A stretch of 64,000 nt of DNA from Minisyncoccota bacterium (lineage in GTDB: Bacteria; Patescibacteriota; Minisyncoccia; Phycocordibacterales; UBA1006): contig DASWYC010000002.1 in NCBI GenBank assembly GCA_036405175.1, positions 603,373 through 667,372 of the forward strand, written 5' to 3'. The notes beneath the pieces are model-generated. The model saw only the letters and a list, made by a program, of their open reading frames with translations. It ran no database searches and was not told the DNA's origin. Positions 27,977 through 37,723 of this stretch are shown here, one piece after another. Position 1 is the stretch's first letter, and every line of letters starts with the position of its first letter. The position numbers were made by a program, and so were the translations under genes.

Positions 27977-28498
27977 ATGAAAGTAATTATTTTTATTATT
28001 GGTGTTATTGTTGCGCTCTTGGTGGTGGCATATTTTCTTCCTCGCGAAACAACGATTCAAGAAGAAATCATGATCAATAAGCCAGAGGCGCAGGTGTGGA
28101 ATTATGTTAAATATATTAAGAACCAAGAAAATTACAGCGTTTGGGTAATGGCTGATCCAAACAGAAAACTTGAATATATTGGAACGGACGGAACCGTTGG
28201 ATTTATTGCAAAGTGGGATAGTGAAATGAAGAGCGTTGGAAAAGGGGAGCAAGAGATTAAAGATATTATTCCCAACAAACGTATGGATGTAGAGATTCGT
28301 TTTGAAAAGCCGTTCAAGGGAACCAGCCAGGCCTCAACCGAGGTGGCAACGGGTGCTGAAAAGCGTACCAAAGTGGTAACCACATTTAAAAGTACGGCCA
28401 AGTACCCTATGAATCTTATGAGTTTCTTTATGCAAAAGGCATTGAAGGGGCAAATGCAGGAAACGCTTACGAACCTTAAGAATGTTCTTGAAAAATAA
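27977..28498 (+). CDS. SRPBCC family protein with N-terminal TM
   Basis: GTDGTVGFIAKWDS..VGKGEQEI..IRFEKPF, LTNLKNVLE. Confidence 0.88.
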   Translation: MKVIIFIIGVIVALLVVAYFLPRETTIQEEIMINKPEAQVWNYVKYIKNQENYSVWVMADPNRKLEYIGTDGTVGFIAKWDSEMKSVGKGEQEIKDIIPNKRMDVEIRFEKPFKGTSQASTEVATGAEKRTKVVTTFKSTAKYPMNLMSFFMQKALKGQMQETLTNLKNVLEK

Positions 28499-28697
28499 GC
28501 TTAAGAAAAAGAGAAAAGAGGCAAAAAGCTTCTTTTCTTGTAAAATTCTGATAATCATGTAGCATGGGTTTAGTTTTATTTTTTCATTTTCACCAAAACT
28601 CGCTAAGTACGGAGGGCGAGGATAAGCGGAATATGAGAGGTAAACAATTCATCAAACAATTGTATTGTAAAATAGCCCAGAATCTGGGCTATTTTCA

Positions 28698-30458
28698 TTA
28701 ACTAGTCTTATGTCCGTGCAAGAGCATCGAAACAGCATGATCAAATGAACCTGCACTGGTTATGTGTGTATTATTCACAAAGAAGATCTCATCGGCACTT
28801 TCAATCGTATTAAGGCGATGGGCGATAATAACACGTGTGGTTGAAGCAGGAAGATTCTTGAGAATATCTTCAAGAAGCTGTTCGGTAATGGTATCAATAT
28901 TTGCCGTTGCTTCATCAAGAATAAGAATATCTGGCTTGCGGAGAATCGCGCGCATAAAAGCAATCAACTGCTTTTGTCCAAGGCTCATAGCATCTCCGGT
29001 TAAGCTCACAGCCGTATCAAGTCCTTCTTGGAATCGCTCCAATAACTGCTCAAGTCCGGCATCGTGAATAACGTGCGCGAGCTCGTCAGAGGTATGGTTT
29101 TGATACTCCTCATTTCCATATACAATATTTTCTCTGATAGTTCCTGAAAAAAGGAAAGGCTCTTGTAGGATGAATCCAATATGGCGAGCGCGCTCATCTG
29201 CTGAATACGTGCGAATATCATGACCGTTTAAGAAAACTGTTCCATTGCTTGGATCAAATAAGCGTGCCATTAGTGAAGCCGTAGTTGTTTTTCCTCCTCC
29301 GGTTGGTCCTACCAATGCATAGGTTTTTCCAGCTTCAAGGGTGAGGTTTGCATCTTTCAAAACTTCTTTGCCGCTTGAATAGGTAAAGCTTACCTTTTTA
29401 AATTCAAGACGTGCTTTTGATTGTACTGCATCTGACTTAGGAAGTGTGGCCATATCTGACTCCAAAGCAAGAATATCTGAAATTCTATCCCAGCCTGCCA
29501 TTGCTACCTGGAAGTTTGCCCAGAGTGCTGCAAGTTGGCGAAGAGGGTTATAGAAGTTGGTGGCGTACGAGAGAAAACTAATCAACAAACCAACAGTAAA
29601 CTCTCCTTGAATAATCATAAGAATCCCAAATACAAGTACGCCAAGGTGTGCGATATTTGAGGCAAATCCGTACACCGGCGTAAACAAATTGTTGGCATTT
29701 CCAGCTTTTACTGCAGTGTCATAGTTTTTGTGATTAACCTCATCAAAGCGATCTCTAAAATAATCACGACGATTAAACGCAACCACTACCTTAAAGTTTT
29801 CAAGACTTTCTTGAATCTCGGCACTGAGTGTTCCGGTGCTTGCTGAATTTGCGGCATTGCGCTTTTTAACCCATGGGCTCACTATCTGGTTAAAGAGAAG
29901 AATAAACAGCGCTGGAACTAAAGTGATTAATCCAAGTCGTACGTTAATTGAAAGCAAGAAGATTCCGGCACCAATCATAATAAAGATGCTTCCAAGAAAT
30001 TGCATGAGCGATTGAGAAAAGAATTGATTTACTTTATCGGTATCGTTGTTAAGACGAGAGATAAGATCTCCAGCCTTATTCTGATTAAAGAATGCAATTG
30101 GCAACGACTGAAGTTTATTGAAGAGGGAATTGCGGAGTGCAAAAAGACTGCGCTGTCCAACACCTCCCATCATGCTGGTTTGCAGGTAACTGGCAACAAG
30201 CGCTAATAGATAAAGTCCCAGTAAAAGCCCTGACGAGATGAGTACGCCGTGAAAGTCTTTTGTGGCAATATATTTATCGATCGTTCGCCCAATAACAAGT
30301 GGTGTTGCAAGGTTGAGTACAGAGTTAGCAATGAGTGCAATAAATGCCCATATAAGCACGGTCTTTTCTGGTGCCACTAATGGTCCAAGTTTTTTAACCT
30401 TAGTCCACGTAGAAAGCTCTTTTTTGTTTGAAGTGTGATCATTAAGCGTGTAGTTCAT
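28698..30458 (-). CDS. ABC exporter subunit (TMD plus NBD; consensus Walker B and His, degenerate signature)
   Basis: GPTGGGKTT, MSLGQKQL, LILDEAT, IAHRL; start MNYTLN at 30458. Confidence 0.93.
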   Translation of the reverse strand: MNYTLNDHTSNKKELSTWTKVKKLGPLVAPEKTVLIWAFIALIANSVLNLATPLVIGRTIDKYIATKDFHGVLISSGLLLGLYLLALVASYLQTSMMGGVGQRSLFALRNSLFNKLQSLPIAFFNQNKAGDLISRLNNDTDKVNQFFSQSLMQFLGSIFIMIGAGIFLLSINVRLGLITLVPALFILLFNQIVSPWVKKRNAANSASTGTLSAEIQESLENFKVVVAFNRRDYFRDRFDEVNHKNYDTAVKAGNANNLFTPVYGFASNIAHLGVLVFGILMIIQGEFTVGLLISFLSYATNFYNPLRQLAALWANFQVAMAGWDRISDILALESDMATLPKSDAVQSKARLEFKKVSFTYSSGKEVLKDANLTLEAGKTYALVGPTGGGKTTTASLMARLFDPSNGTVFLNGHDIRTYSADERARHIGFILQEPFLFSGTIRENIVYGNEEYQNHTSDELAHVIHDAGLEQLLERFQEGLDTAVSLTGDAMSLGQKQLIAFMRAILRKPDILILDEATANIDTITEQLLEDILKNLPASTTRVIIAHRLNTIESADEIFFVNNTHITSAGSFDHAVSMLLHGHKTS

Positions 30459-32202
30459 AAGCGTGAGTGCTTTGTTGTGAGTTATAAATCTGAACGTATT
30501 CTGGAGAATGTTCCATAAGATATGCATGGTTTCCGGTAGCAAGAAGTTCTCCTTCCATCAAAAGCATGATCGTATCATAGTGTTCAATTGATGCAATTTT
30601 TTGAGTTACAGAAATGAGGGTAATATGCGGGTAATTGTGCGCGATGTTTTCAAGGATGCGCTGTTCGGTCTGAATATCTACGCGGGCGGTAAAGTCATCA
30701 AGTAACAGAATGCTAGGATTCATGGCAAGTGCACGAGCCAGCATAATACGTTGCTTTTGTCCGCCAGAAAGAGTGGTTCCTCGTTCAGATACTATTGTGT
30801 TAATTCCATCAGGAAGTGTGTTGAGGAAGTCATTGAGCTCTGCTGTTTTAATTGCTTTCTGAAGTGCCTCATCGGTTACATCTTCGGTGAAGGCAATGTT
30901 TTCCTTAACTGACATATTGAATATAATACTGTCCTGGAATACAAATCCAATCTGACCATGGAGTGCCTCTGGTTGGTAGGCGCTGATCGGCTCATCATCA
31001 AGTGTAATGGTTCCACTGCTTGGATGAATGAGGCCCGTTAATAAATAGAGGAGTTGGGTTTTTCCGGCAGCAGTTGGTCCAATGATCGCAGTCTTGGTGT
31101 GAGTTGGAATAGCAAATGAAACATCTTTGAGCGCTTGCTTGTCTCCATATGAAACCGTCACATTATTAAATGCAATAGTTTTGGTAATAGGCTTGGTGAT
31201 TCCTTCAAGAACTTCTGGGGTTTTTCTATAGAGCACATCTTTAATGCGATCAAATGAAGCGGTTGCCTGAGCAATAAAAGTACTCATAAAACCAATCATG
31301 ATAATCGGGTAGAATAGTACGGCAATGTAGGTATAGAATGCACTAAAGTCTCCAAGGCTCATTGAACTATTGATAACAAACTTTCCTCCAAGCAATAAAA
31401 CACCCAAGGTTCCTAACCCGGAAATAAAGGTAATGATTGGAATAAGAGTTGCAAACATTCCAAGGATTTTCATGCCCGTGTCGCGAGCTTCTATGTTGAT
31501 GGCACCAAACTTTGCATGCTCGCGGTTTTGTCCGTTAACAATACGAATCAATGCTGCACCAAGAATACTTTCATTAATAGTTTTGTTAAGTCCGTCAATA
31601 ACTTCACGTGATTTCAAAAAGAGCACTTTTACCTTTGAAAAAATAATACCAAAGGTTATTCCAATAAGAGGAATGATGGTAAGCACCACAAGTGCTAATT
31701 TCCAATTGATAGTTAGGAGGAGAATAGCGGTACCAACAATCATTACGAGTGAGGAAATAATTGAGACGATCGCCTGAGAAACAAACATCTTGATTGAATC
31801 AATGTCGGCAGTAAGATTGGTGAGCAGGGTTGATGGCTGAGCTTTTTGAATAAATGAATACTGCTCGCGAGAAATATTTCCAATCATTTGAGTTCTTAAA
31901 TCCTTGGCAACTCTTTCTGAAGCATATGTTTGGACAACGCTCTGCAGGTAGGTAAAGAGAAAGATCACGAATGAAATAATTCCAAGTTCGACAACAATAT
32001 GTTGTAGGACAAATGATCCAGTCGTGTAGGCATCAATACTTTTTGCAATAACTTTTGGAATCAGTAAGTTGAGCAAGTTAGCAATAAAAGCCAGTCCAAT
32101 GAGCAATGCGATCATGCCACGGTATGGCTTGAGCATGCTAAAGAGGGTGGGGCCCTGTGGCTTAGCAGGTTTTGTTTTAGGCTGCGACGTTTCAGTATTC
32201 AT
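30442..32202 (-). CDS. ABC exporter subunit (TMD plus NBD; degenerate catalytic site)
   Basis: GPTAAGKT, LSGGQKQR, LLLDD (Glu to Asp), VTQ (His to Gln): the TM287/TM288-type heterodimer pattern. Confidence 0.93.
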   Translation of the reverse strand: MNTETSQPKTKPAKPQGPTLFSMLKPYRGMIALLIGLAFIANLLNLLIPKVIAKSIDAYTTGSFVLQHIVVELGIISFVIFLFTYLQSVVQTYASERVAKDLRTQMIGNISREQYSFIQKAQPSTLLTNLTADIDSIKMFVSQAIVSIISSLVMIVGTAILLLTINWKLALVVLTIIPLIGITFGIIFSKVKVLFLKSREVIDGLNKTINESILGAALIRIVNGQNREHAKFGAINIEARDTGMKILGMFATLIPIITFISGLGTLGVLLLGGKFVINSSMSLGDFSAFYTYIAVLFYPIIMIGFMSTFIAQATASFDRIKDVLYRKTPEVLEGITKPITKTIAFNNVTVSYGDKQALKDVSFAIPTHTKTAIIGPTAAGKTQLLYLLTGLIHPSSGTITLDDEPISAYQPEALHGQIGFVFQDSIIFNMSVKENIAFTEDVTDEALQKAIKTAELNDFLNTLPDGINTIVSERGTTLSGGQKQRIMLARALAMNPSILLLDDFTARVDIQTEQRILENIAHNYPHITLISVTQKIASIEHYDTIMLLMEGELLATGNHAYLMEHSPEYVQIYNSQQSTHAYELHA

Positions 32203-32284
32203 ATATATGTATAGGCTACTGTATCATGATTCATGCTTATTGAATATAGTAGAAATGTGAGTTAGTGGGGTATATACTGGCAGT

Positions 32285-32644
32285 ATGGACGAAGACGATA
32301 ATCCAAACGTAGCAAGTAATAATCAGCAGGAAATTCCAGAACCCACTGAGGAAGAAAAACAACCGGAGTTGGTGGTAAATCCATTTATTTTTGATGGGCC
32401 ACTTGGGTTGTTGACTATTTTTGATACACGGGCAGGGGCACGGATTCCTGAAGGATTTACCGAATCAATTGCAGTGTTTGATATGCAGCATCCGGAGCAA
32501 ATATTGCGAATCCAAAATCTTATGCGAACACTTATTATGCCGCCGTCATCACCGATTGAATATGTTATTGCAGTGAACGGAACCAACTTAGCCGAAATTT
32601 ATCATCGGGCACCCGTGAATCCGCAGCCGCCAGCAACTGTGTAA
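32285..32644 (+). CDS. Hypothetical acidic, Pro-rich protein
   Basis: TATACT-6-ATG start; 119 aa. Confidence 0.6.
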   Translation: MDEDDNPNVASNNQQEIPEPTEEEKQPELVVNPFIFDGPLGLLTIFDTRAGARIPEGFTESIAVFDMQHPEQILRIQNLMRTLIMPPSSPIEYVIAVNGTNLAEIYHRAPVNPQPPATV

Positions 32645-32698
32645 TTCTCACCAGGTGTTATTTGCGGTTATGTAAAACTTTGCTATAGTGAATCTAGT

Positions 32699-32836
32699 TC
32701 CGATGATTCGGCTGACACCGATGAGGAGAAGAAAGAACATTTGCATGATATGTGCAAGCTAGTAGAATCTTCCGCTCCTACAGCGCATGTAGTAAAAGAA
32801 CAAACAAGGGTGGTACCGCGTTTCTGACGCCCCTTG
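32699..32836 (+). promoter_or_regulatory. T-box riboswitch (Asp specifier, ultra-short Stem I)
   Basis: K-turn TCC-GAT-GA..GA-GGA, stem TCGG/CCGA with loop CTGACA, Stem II with GAA/AGTA S-turn, and CAAGGG-TGGTACC-GCGT..ACGC-CCCTTG discriminator domain; directly upstream of aspS. Confidence 0.9.
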
Positions 32837-32860
32837 ATTATCAATAATTCTTTTGCTGAT

Positions 32861-34279
32861 ATGAAAAATATTTTTATACAAGATTTGCAGCAACACCTTG
32901 ATTCAGAAGCGTCGGTTAAAGCATGGGTAGAAACCGTACGCGATCAAGGAAAAGCTGGATTTATTCAACTCCGTGATCGCACCGGAGGGATTCAGTGTGG
33001 AACATTTGGCGCTGGACCATTACTTGATACGGTTAAGACATTACGTAGTGGAGATGTGGTTGAGGTGATCGGGCTCGTTAAAAAGCGCCCAGAACGTTCA
33101 GTTGCACAAGGTGTACTCAATGGTGATATTGAAATTGAAATCTCAGGACTCAGTGTGATTACTAAATCAGAAGTGCTTCCATTTGATATTGAATCAGACA
33201 CCCGTGTGGTTGATGAAGATGTTCGCCTTGAAAAGCGCTACATTGATCTTCGTTCGGCACGCATGCAGAAAAATCTTGAAATGCGTCATAAGATGCAGCT
33301 TGAGATTCGCAACTATTTGAATGATCAGCGGTTTTTTGAAATCGAAACACCGCTCCTTACTAAGTCAACTCCAGAGGGGGCTCGTGACTACATTGTTCCG
33401 TCACGTCTTTCACCGCATAATTTTTATGCACTTCCACAATCGCCTCAACAATACAAGCAATTGTTGATGGTGTCAGGAATGGAGAGATACTTCCAGTTTG
33501 CACGCTGTATGCGTGATGAGGATTTGCGTGGAGATCGTCAACCAGAATTTACGCAGCTCGATATGGAAATGAGCTTTGTTGAGCGTGAAGACGTTATGGA
33601 GCTCAATGAAAAGTTGTTGATCCACTTGGTTCAGAAGTTTTATCCAGAAAAGAAGATTCAGCAAGTTCCATTTCCACGTATTCCATATGCAGAAGCAATG
33701 GAGAAATACGGAAATGATCGTCCGGATATTCGCGAAGACAAGGAAGATCCAAATTTGCTCGCATTCTGCTGGGTGGTAGATTTTCCTCAGTTTGAACGAA
33801 CCGATACGTCTGATGATCCGTTAGCACAAGGGGAGTGGACCTTTACGCATAATCCATTCTCATACTCAATTCCAGAACATCGTGAGCTCTTATTGCAGAA
33901 AAAAGATATTGGCTCAATTATTGCTGCACAATATGATGTGGTTTTGAACGGATATGAAATTGGGGGAGGGTCAATCCGAAATCATGACAAAGATACCCTT
34001 GTATCGGTATTTGAAATTCTTGGTCACTCACGAGAAAAGATTGAAGAAAACTTTGGACACATGCTTGAAGCATTTACCTACGGTGTTCCACCGCATGGAG
34101 GAATTGCGTGGGGGTTTGATCGTTTAATGATGATTTTGCAAAATGAACCAAACATTCGCGAGGTAATTGCATTCCCAAAGACCCGTGGAGGAAATGACCC
34201 TATGATGGGATCACCATCGTTGATTGCCGATGAACGACTCAAAGAAGTTCACATCCAACTAAGAGAATTAAAGAAATAA
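32861..34279 (+). CDS. aspS: Aspartate--tRNA ligase (lacking the GAD insertion)
   Basis: TKSTPEGARDY, LPQSPQQYKQLLM, RDEDLRGDRQPEFTQLD, PPHGGIAWGFDR. Confidence 0.97.
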   Translation: MKNIFIQDLQQHLDSEASVKAWVETVRDQGKAGFIQLRDRTGGIQCGTFGAGPLLDTVKTLRSGDVVEVIGLVKKRPERSVAQGVLNGDIEIEISGLSVITKSEVLPFDIESDTRVVDEDVRLEKRYIDLRSARMQKNLEMRHKMQLEIRNYLNDQRFFEIETPLLTKSTPEGARDYIVPSRLSPHNFYALPQSPQQYKQLLMVSGMERYFQFARCMRDEDLRGDRQPEFTQLDMEMSFVEREDVMELNEKLLIHLVQKFYPEKKIQQVPFPRIPYAEAMEKYGNDRPDIREDKEDPNLLAFCWVVDFPQFERTDTSDDPLAQGEWTFTHNPFSYSIPEHRELLLQKKDIGSIIAAQYDVVLNGYEIGGGSIRNHDKDTLVSVFEILGHSREKIEENFGHMLEAFTYGVPPHGGIAWGFDRLMMILQNEPNIREVIAFPKTRGGNDPMMGSPSLIADERLKEVHIQLRELKK

Positions 34280-34334
34280 TAACAACCAGCTTCGGCTGGT
34301 TTTTATTATGAACTAAATGTGATATAACGTACCC

Positions 34335-34796
34335 ATGACATTGATTGCGCTCGATATTGGAAAATATAAAACAGGATTTGCGGTAACCGACGAGTCGGAG
34401 ACTATGGCGTTTCCAAAAAATATTGTAGATACCCCCAAGTTGGGTGAGGCACTCAAAAAAATAATTATAGAATATATGCCACGGATGATTGTGCTCGGGC
34501 ATTCAGTATTTGAAGGGGAAGACAATGAGATTATGATGTTGGTATATGAAACGCGGGATTTTATTCGTGAAAATTATCGTGAAATTCCAACAACTCTACA
34601 GGATGAATCATTTACCTCAATGGAATCGCGCAAACTCTTTACCTATGTAGAAGGCATGAAACGTGGCACGGTGGCAACCAAAGGAAAGTCATTTAATGAG
34701 CATATAGATAATACTGCTGCCATGCTCATTCTTGAACGGTATTTAGCTAAAAACAAAAAACCTCAAATTCCTCGCGAAGAGAATGATGAGTCGTGA
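34335..34796 (+). CDS. ruvX: Pre-16S rRNA nuclease / Holliday junction resolvase-like YqgF
   Basis: IALDIGKYKTGFAVTD, QDESFTS, IDNTAAMLILERYL. Confidence 0.92.
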   Translation: MTLIALDIGKYKTGFAVTDESETMAFPKNIVDTPKLGEALKKIIIEYMPRMIVLGHSVFEGEDNEIMMLVYETRDFIRENYREIPTTLQDESFTSMESRKLFTYVEGMKRGTVATKGKSFNEHIDNTAAMLILERYLAKNKKPQIPREENDES

Positions 34797-36567
34797 TACA
34801 CTAACCATAATGGAACAAAATGAATTACCTAGGAAAAGAATTAGTATATTAAAAATAATTTTAATAGTCTTTGTGGTGGGAATGATCGGTTGGCTTATCT
34901 ATCGACTTCCATTTCATCCAAGGATTGGAATGACAGATTCGGTAACAATGAGCATACGAGATGCACGCTTTTGCAAGAAGGTTGAGCAGTATACCCCTAA
35001 AATAGAGGATTTTAAAACATATTCTGGAACAGTGGAAGAATTTAAACTTCCTAAAAATAAGAAAGGCTATTATGAATTTTATGGGTTTATTAATTTTGAT
35101 TCACAGGGATTTACCGCAAATTACTCAGAGGCAGGTAAATGTAATATGGGATTCACGTTTGAACAATCTAAGACAATAAATGCGTACTATAATTTTGCAA
35201 AAAGTGAATTCATGTTCCTGGATGAACTACCTTTTTATATGGATGATAACTACATCTACGGAACAAACTCTCAAGGAATTACGATGCGCAATCGTAAGAA
35301 TCTCGCAAATGTATATCAGATAGAGAGCAAGGAATGGTCTTCGTCGCAAAGTGCCAGTCCATATGAGAGTATGATGAATACCTATTCTGCAACCTTAACT
35401 GCCAATACGGATGTTCTAAAATTGCAAAATAATGTGGAAGATAATAAAAACGCATATCTTTCAATTTCTCAAAAGTCTTTATTGACAGATGGTTATGGCA
35501 AGATTAGCAATACAAAGGATCTGGGTTTTGGTTATTTCTACAAACCAAGTGAAAAAAGTTATTGGAAAGTTGACTGGGAAAGTAACAAAGTTGAGGAGCT
35601 TGGTAAAATACCATCCGATTACGATGTTAATAGTTCATTCATTCTTGAACATGACAATAAGTTTATCTTTAATGCCGTTAAGTACTTTGACTGGGAAAGA
35701 GATGATGGAACACCGGTGTCATCTTCTGTCGCATTATTTTATTTTTATGATCCTGTTCTTAATAAAGTGTCACAGTTTAATCCAAACAATAAGGGTGAAT
35801 TCTATAGAGTTTTTGGATATGCGCCGTACTTGCCTGAGGACGATCATAAGATCGTTGGGCTTCACAAAGAAAAAAATGGTGATTATAGAATAGACTCTAT
35901 TGTCTACAAAGACGGTAAGATTGTTAATAAAAAAATAGCCTCAGTTTCAAAAGAGATATTTGATAAAGTGTTTATCGGTTGCTCAGATTACGACATCCCA
36001 AAGTCCGCATGTTATGACGAAATAGATACAACGTTGAAATATGTAACAAAAGATTTATTAGCCATTCGTAATATTGAGAAAACAGAAACCACGTATAAGG
36101 CAACCATAACGGTTTTGGATTTTAGTAATAGTAAAATATACACTAAGGTAAAGCAGTACGATATTCCGATTGAAAATGTATATAATACTGATTTGGATAT
36201 AATTATAGGCGAAAGGGCATTTAACTTGCGTGAAGAGATTCTGTATCCAGATCTTGCTTTTAAGGAAAATACTGAGGAAGAAAGTGAAGTTGTTGATGAG
36301 CCAAAAACTTTTATCGAAAAGTTAAAAAGCAAATTATTCCAGCTGATGCCAGGTTTAGCTATATACTATGAGTATGTTTACAACAGGACAGAAGAAGTTG
36401 GAGATTATGAAATTATCGTCAAGGGTGGACATAAAACAAACACTCGCATCCTTGAAAAGCCGGAAGTTAAGCAAAATCCTATTGATACTGCAACAGAAGA
36501 ACAATATCGAGAAATCCTTAACAAAAACTTTGAAGTAAAAGACTTTAAAGGCACAGTAAAACCCTAA
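34783..36567 (+). CDS. Hypothetical membrane-anchored beta-rich protein
   Basis: 594 aa, one N-terminal TM, Tyr/Lys/Asn-rich extracellular part. Confidence 0.75.
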   Translation: MMSRDTLTIMEQNELPRKRISILKIILIVFVVGMIGWLIYRLPFHPRIGMTDSVTMSIRDARFCKKVEQYTPKIEDFKTYSGTVEEFKLPKNKKGYYEFYGFINFDSQGFTANYSEAGKCNMGFTFEQSKTINAYYNFAKSEFMFLDELPFYMDDNYIYGTNSQGITMRNRKNLANVYQIESKEWSSSQSASPYESMMNTYSATLTANTDVLKLQNNVEDNKNAYLSISQKSLLTDGYGKISNTKDLGFGYFYKPSEKSYWKVDWESNKVEELGKIPSDYDVNSSFILEHDNKFIFNAVKYFDWERDDGTPVSSSVALFYFYDPVLNKVSQFNPNNKGEFYRVFGYAPYLPEDDHKIVGLHKEKNGDYRIDSIVYKDGKIVNKKIASVSKEIFDKVFIGCSDYDIPKSACYDEIDTTLKYVTKDLLAIRNIEKTETTYKATITVLDFSNSKIYTKVKQYDIPIENVYNTDLDIIIGERAFNLREEILYPDLAFKENTEEESEVVDEPKTFIEKLKSKLFQLMPGLAIYYEYVYNRTEEVGDYEIIVKGGHKTNTRILEKPEVKQNPIDTATEEQYREILNKNFEVKDFKGTVKP

Positions 36568-36603
36568 CCTTTCTTATTAAAAGAAAATCTGTACAATAGA
36601 ATC

Positions 36604-36942
36604 ATGGAAACCATAAATTATGATGTCTGGAAAAAAGTAGATATTCGTGTGGGAAAAGTTTTGGCAGCAGAAATTGTTGAGAAATCAGACAAGCTCTACA
36701 AGTGCACCATTTCATTTGGAGAACTTGGTGAACGAACGATTGTTTCTGGGATTCGCCCCTATATTTCTGCGGAAGAATTTGTTGGGAAAAAAGTTTTATA
36801 TATTGTTAATTTGGAGCCACGCATGATTATGGGAATTGAATCTCAGGGAATGCTCGTGGCAGTTGGTGGGGGAGATGAGGGAGAGTTTTCACTCCTGGTT
36901 CCAGAAAATAGTAATGTGATTGAGGGTGTTCGTGCTCACTAA
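36604..36942 (+). CDS. tRNA-binding OB-fold protein (MetRS C-terminal / Trbp111 / CsaA family)
   Basis: DIRVGKV..SDKLY..RTIVSGI..VNLEPR..ESQGML. Confidence 0.92.
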   Translation: METINYDVWKKVDIRVGKVLAAEIVEKSDKLYKCTISFGELGERTIVSGIRPYISAEEFVGKKVLYIVNLEPRMIMGIESQGMLVAVGGGDEGEFSLLVPENSNVIEGVRAH

Positions 36943-36943
36943 T

Positions 36944-37528
36944 ATGAATATTAAGGCGCACATCGGCCGATGGATAAACTATGTTGCAGAATCTCGCTAT
37001 GCACTTTGGCTAATAGGGGGTATTTCATTCATTGAATCAATTTTCTTTCCCATACCACCAGATGTATTTATTGTTCCGCTGGTGGCACAAAAAAAATATA
37101 CCTGGATTCAGGTAGGGGCTGTTGCAGCAGTTGGTGCAACATTGGGTGCGTTACTTGCCTACGGTATTGGATATTTCTTTTACGATCAATTTGCCGGCGT
37201 GCTTCATTTAAGTGATTCGTCAGGATTGTTGGGGCAGATATCCGGAATTTACGATAAGTATGGATTCTTTGCCGTAGTGCTTGCTGCATTTACACCAGTA
37301 CCAGATAAACTATTTACCTTTGGATCAGGATTTTTAAAGTTTGCATTATTGCCATATTTAATTGCGTACACGATTGGAAAAGGTGCACGGATGTTTCTCT
37401 TTGCGTACATTGGTGAAATGTATGGCCAGGCGGTTGCAGAAAAGTCACTCAAAAAAATAACATTTATTACCATTGGTGTTGGAGTGATTATTGCCATTCT
37501 GATTTTCTTGGGAACACTCTTAAGTTAG
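36944..37528 (+). CDS. YqaA/DedA (VTT domain) membrane protein
   Basis: SFIESIFFPIPPD, AAFTPVPDKLFT. Confidence 0.92.
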   Translation: MNIKAHIGRWINYVAESRYALWLIGGISFIESIFFPIPPDVFIVPLVAQKKYTWIQVGAVAAVGATLGALLAYGIGYFFYDQFAGVLHLSDSSGLLGQISGIYDKYGFFAVVLAAFTPVPDKLFTFGSGFLKFALLPYLIAYTIGKGARMFLFAYIGEMYGQAVAEKSLKKITFITIGVGVIIAILIFLGTLLS

Positions 37529-37581
37529 CGTATACTTAAAGAGTCGTTCAGTGTTTATTTATTGATAATACATTAACGCAT

Positions 37582-37671
37582 ATGTTTAAGTTTTTAGGAT
37601 CATATATTATTGCAAAGTTGCTCGGAGGTGGAATCATCTTGGCCTTGATTATCTATTGGATTTTCTTTTAG
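37582..37671 (+). CDS. Small hydrophobic peptide, 29 aa (not in ORF track)
   Basis: MFKFLGSYIIAKLLGGGIILALIIYWIFF; TATACT at about 37531; terminator at 37681-37716. Confidence 0.6.
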   Translation: MFKFLGSYIIAKLLGGGIILALIIYWIFF

Positions 37672-37723
37672 CGATATATTAAAAATAACTTTTTCACGCA
37701 TGAAAAAGTTATTTTTAATTACA

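Noticed and set aside
28698-32202. Degenerate ATPase motifs in the ABC pair as a sign of pseudogenisation
   Set aside because: The complementary degeneracy is the established TM287/TM288-type heterodimer pattern.
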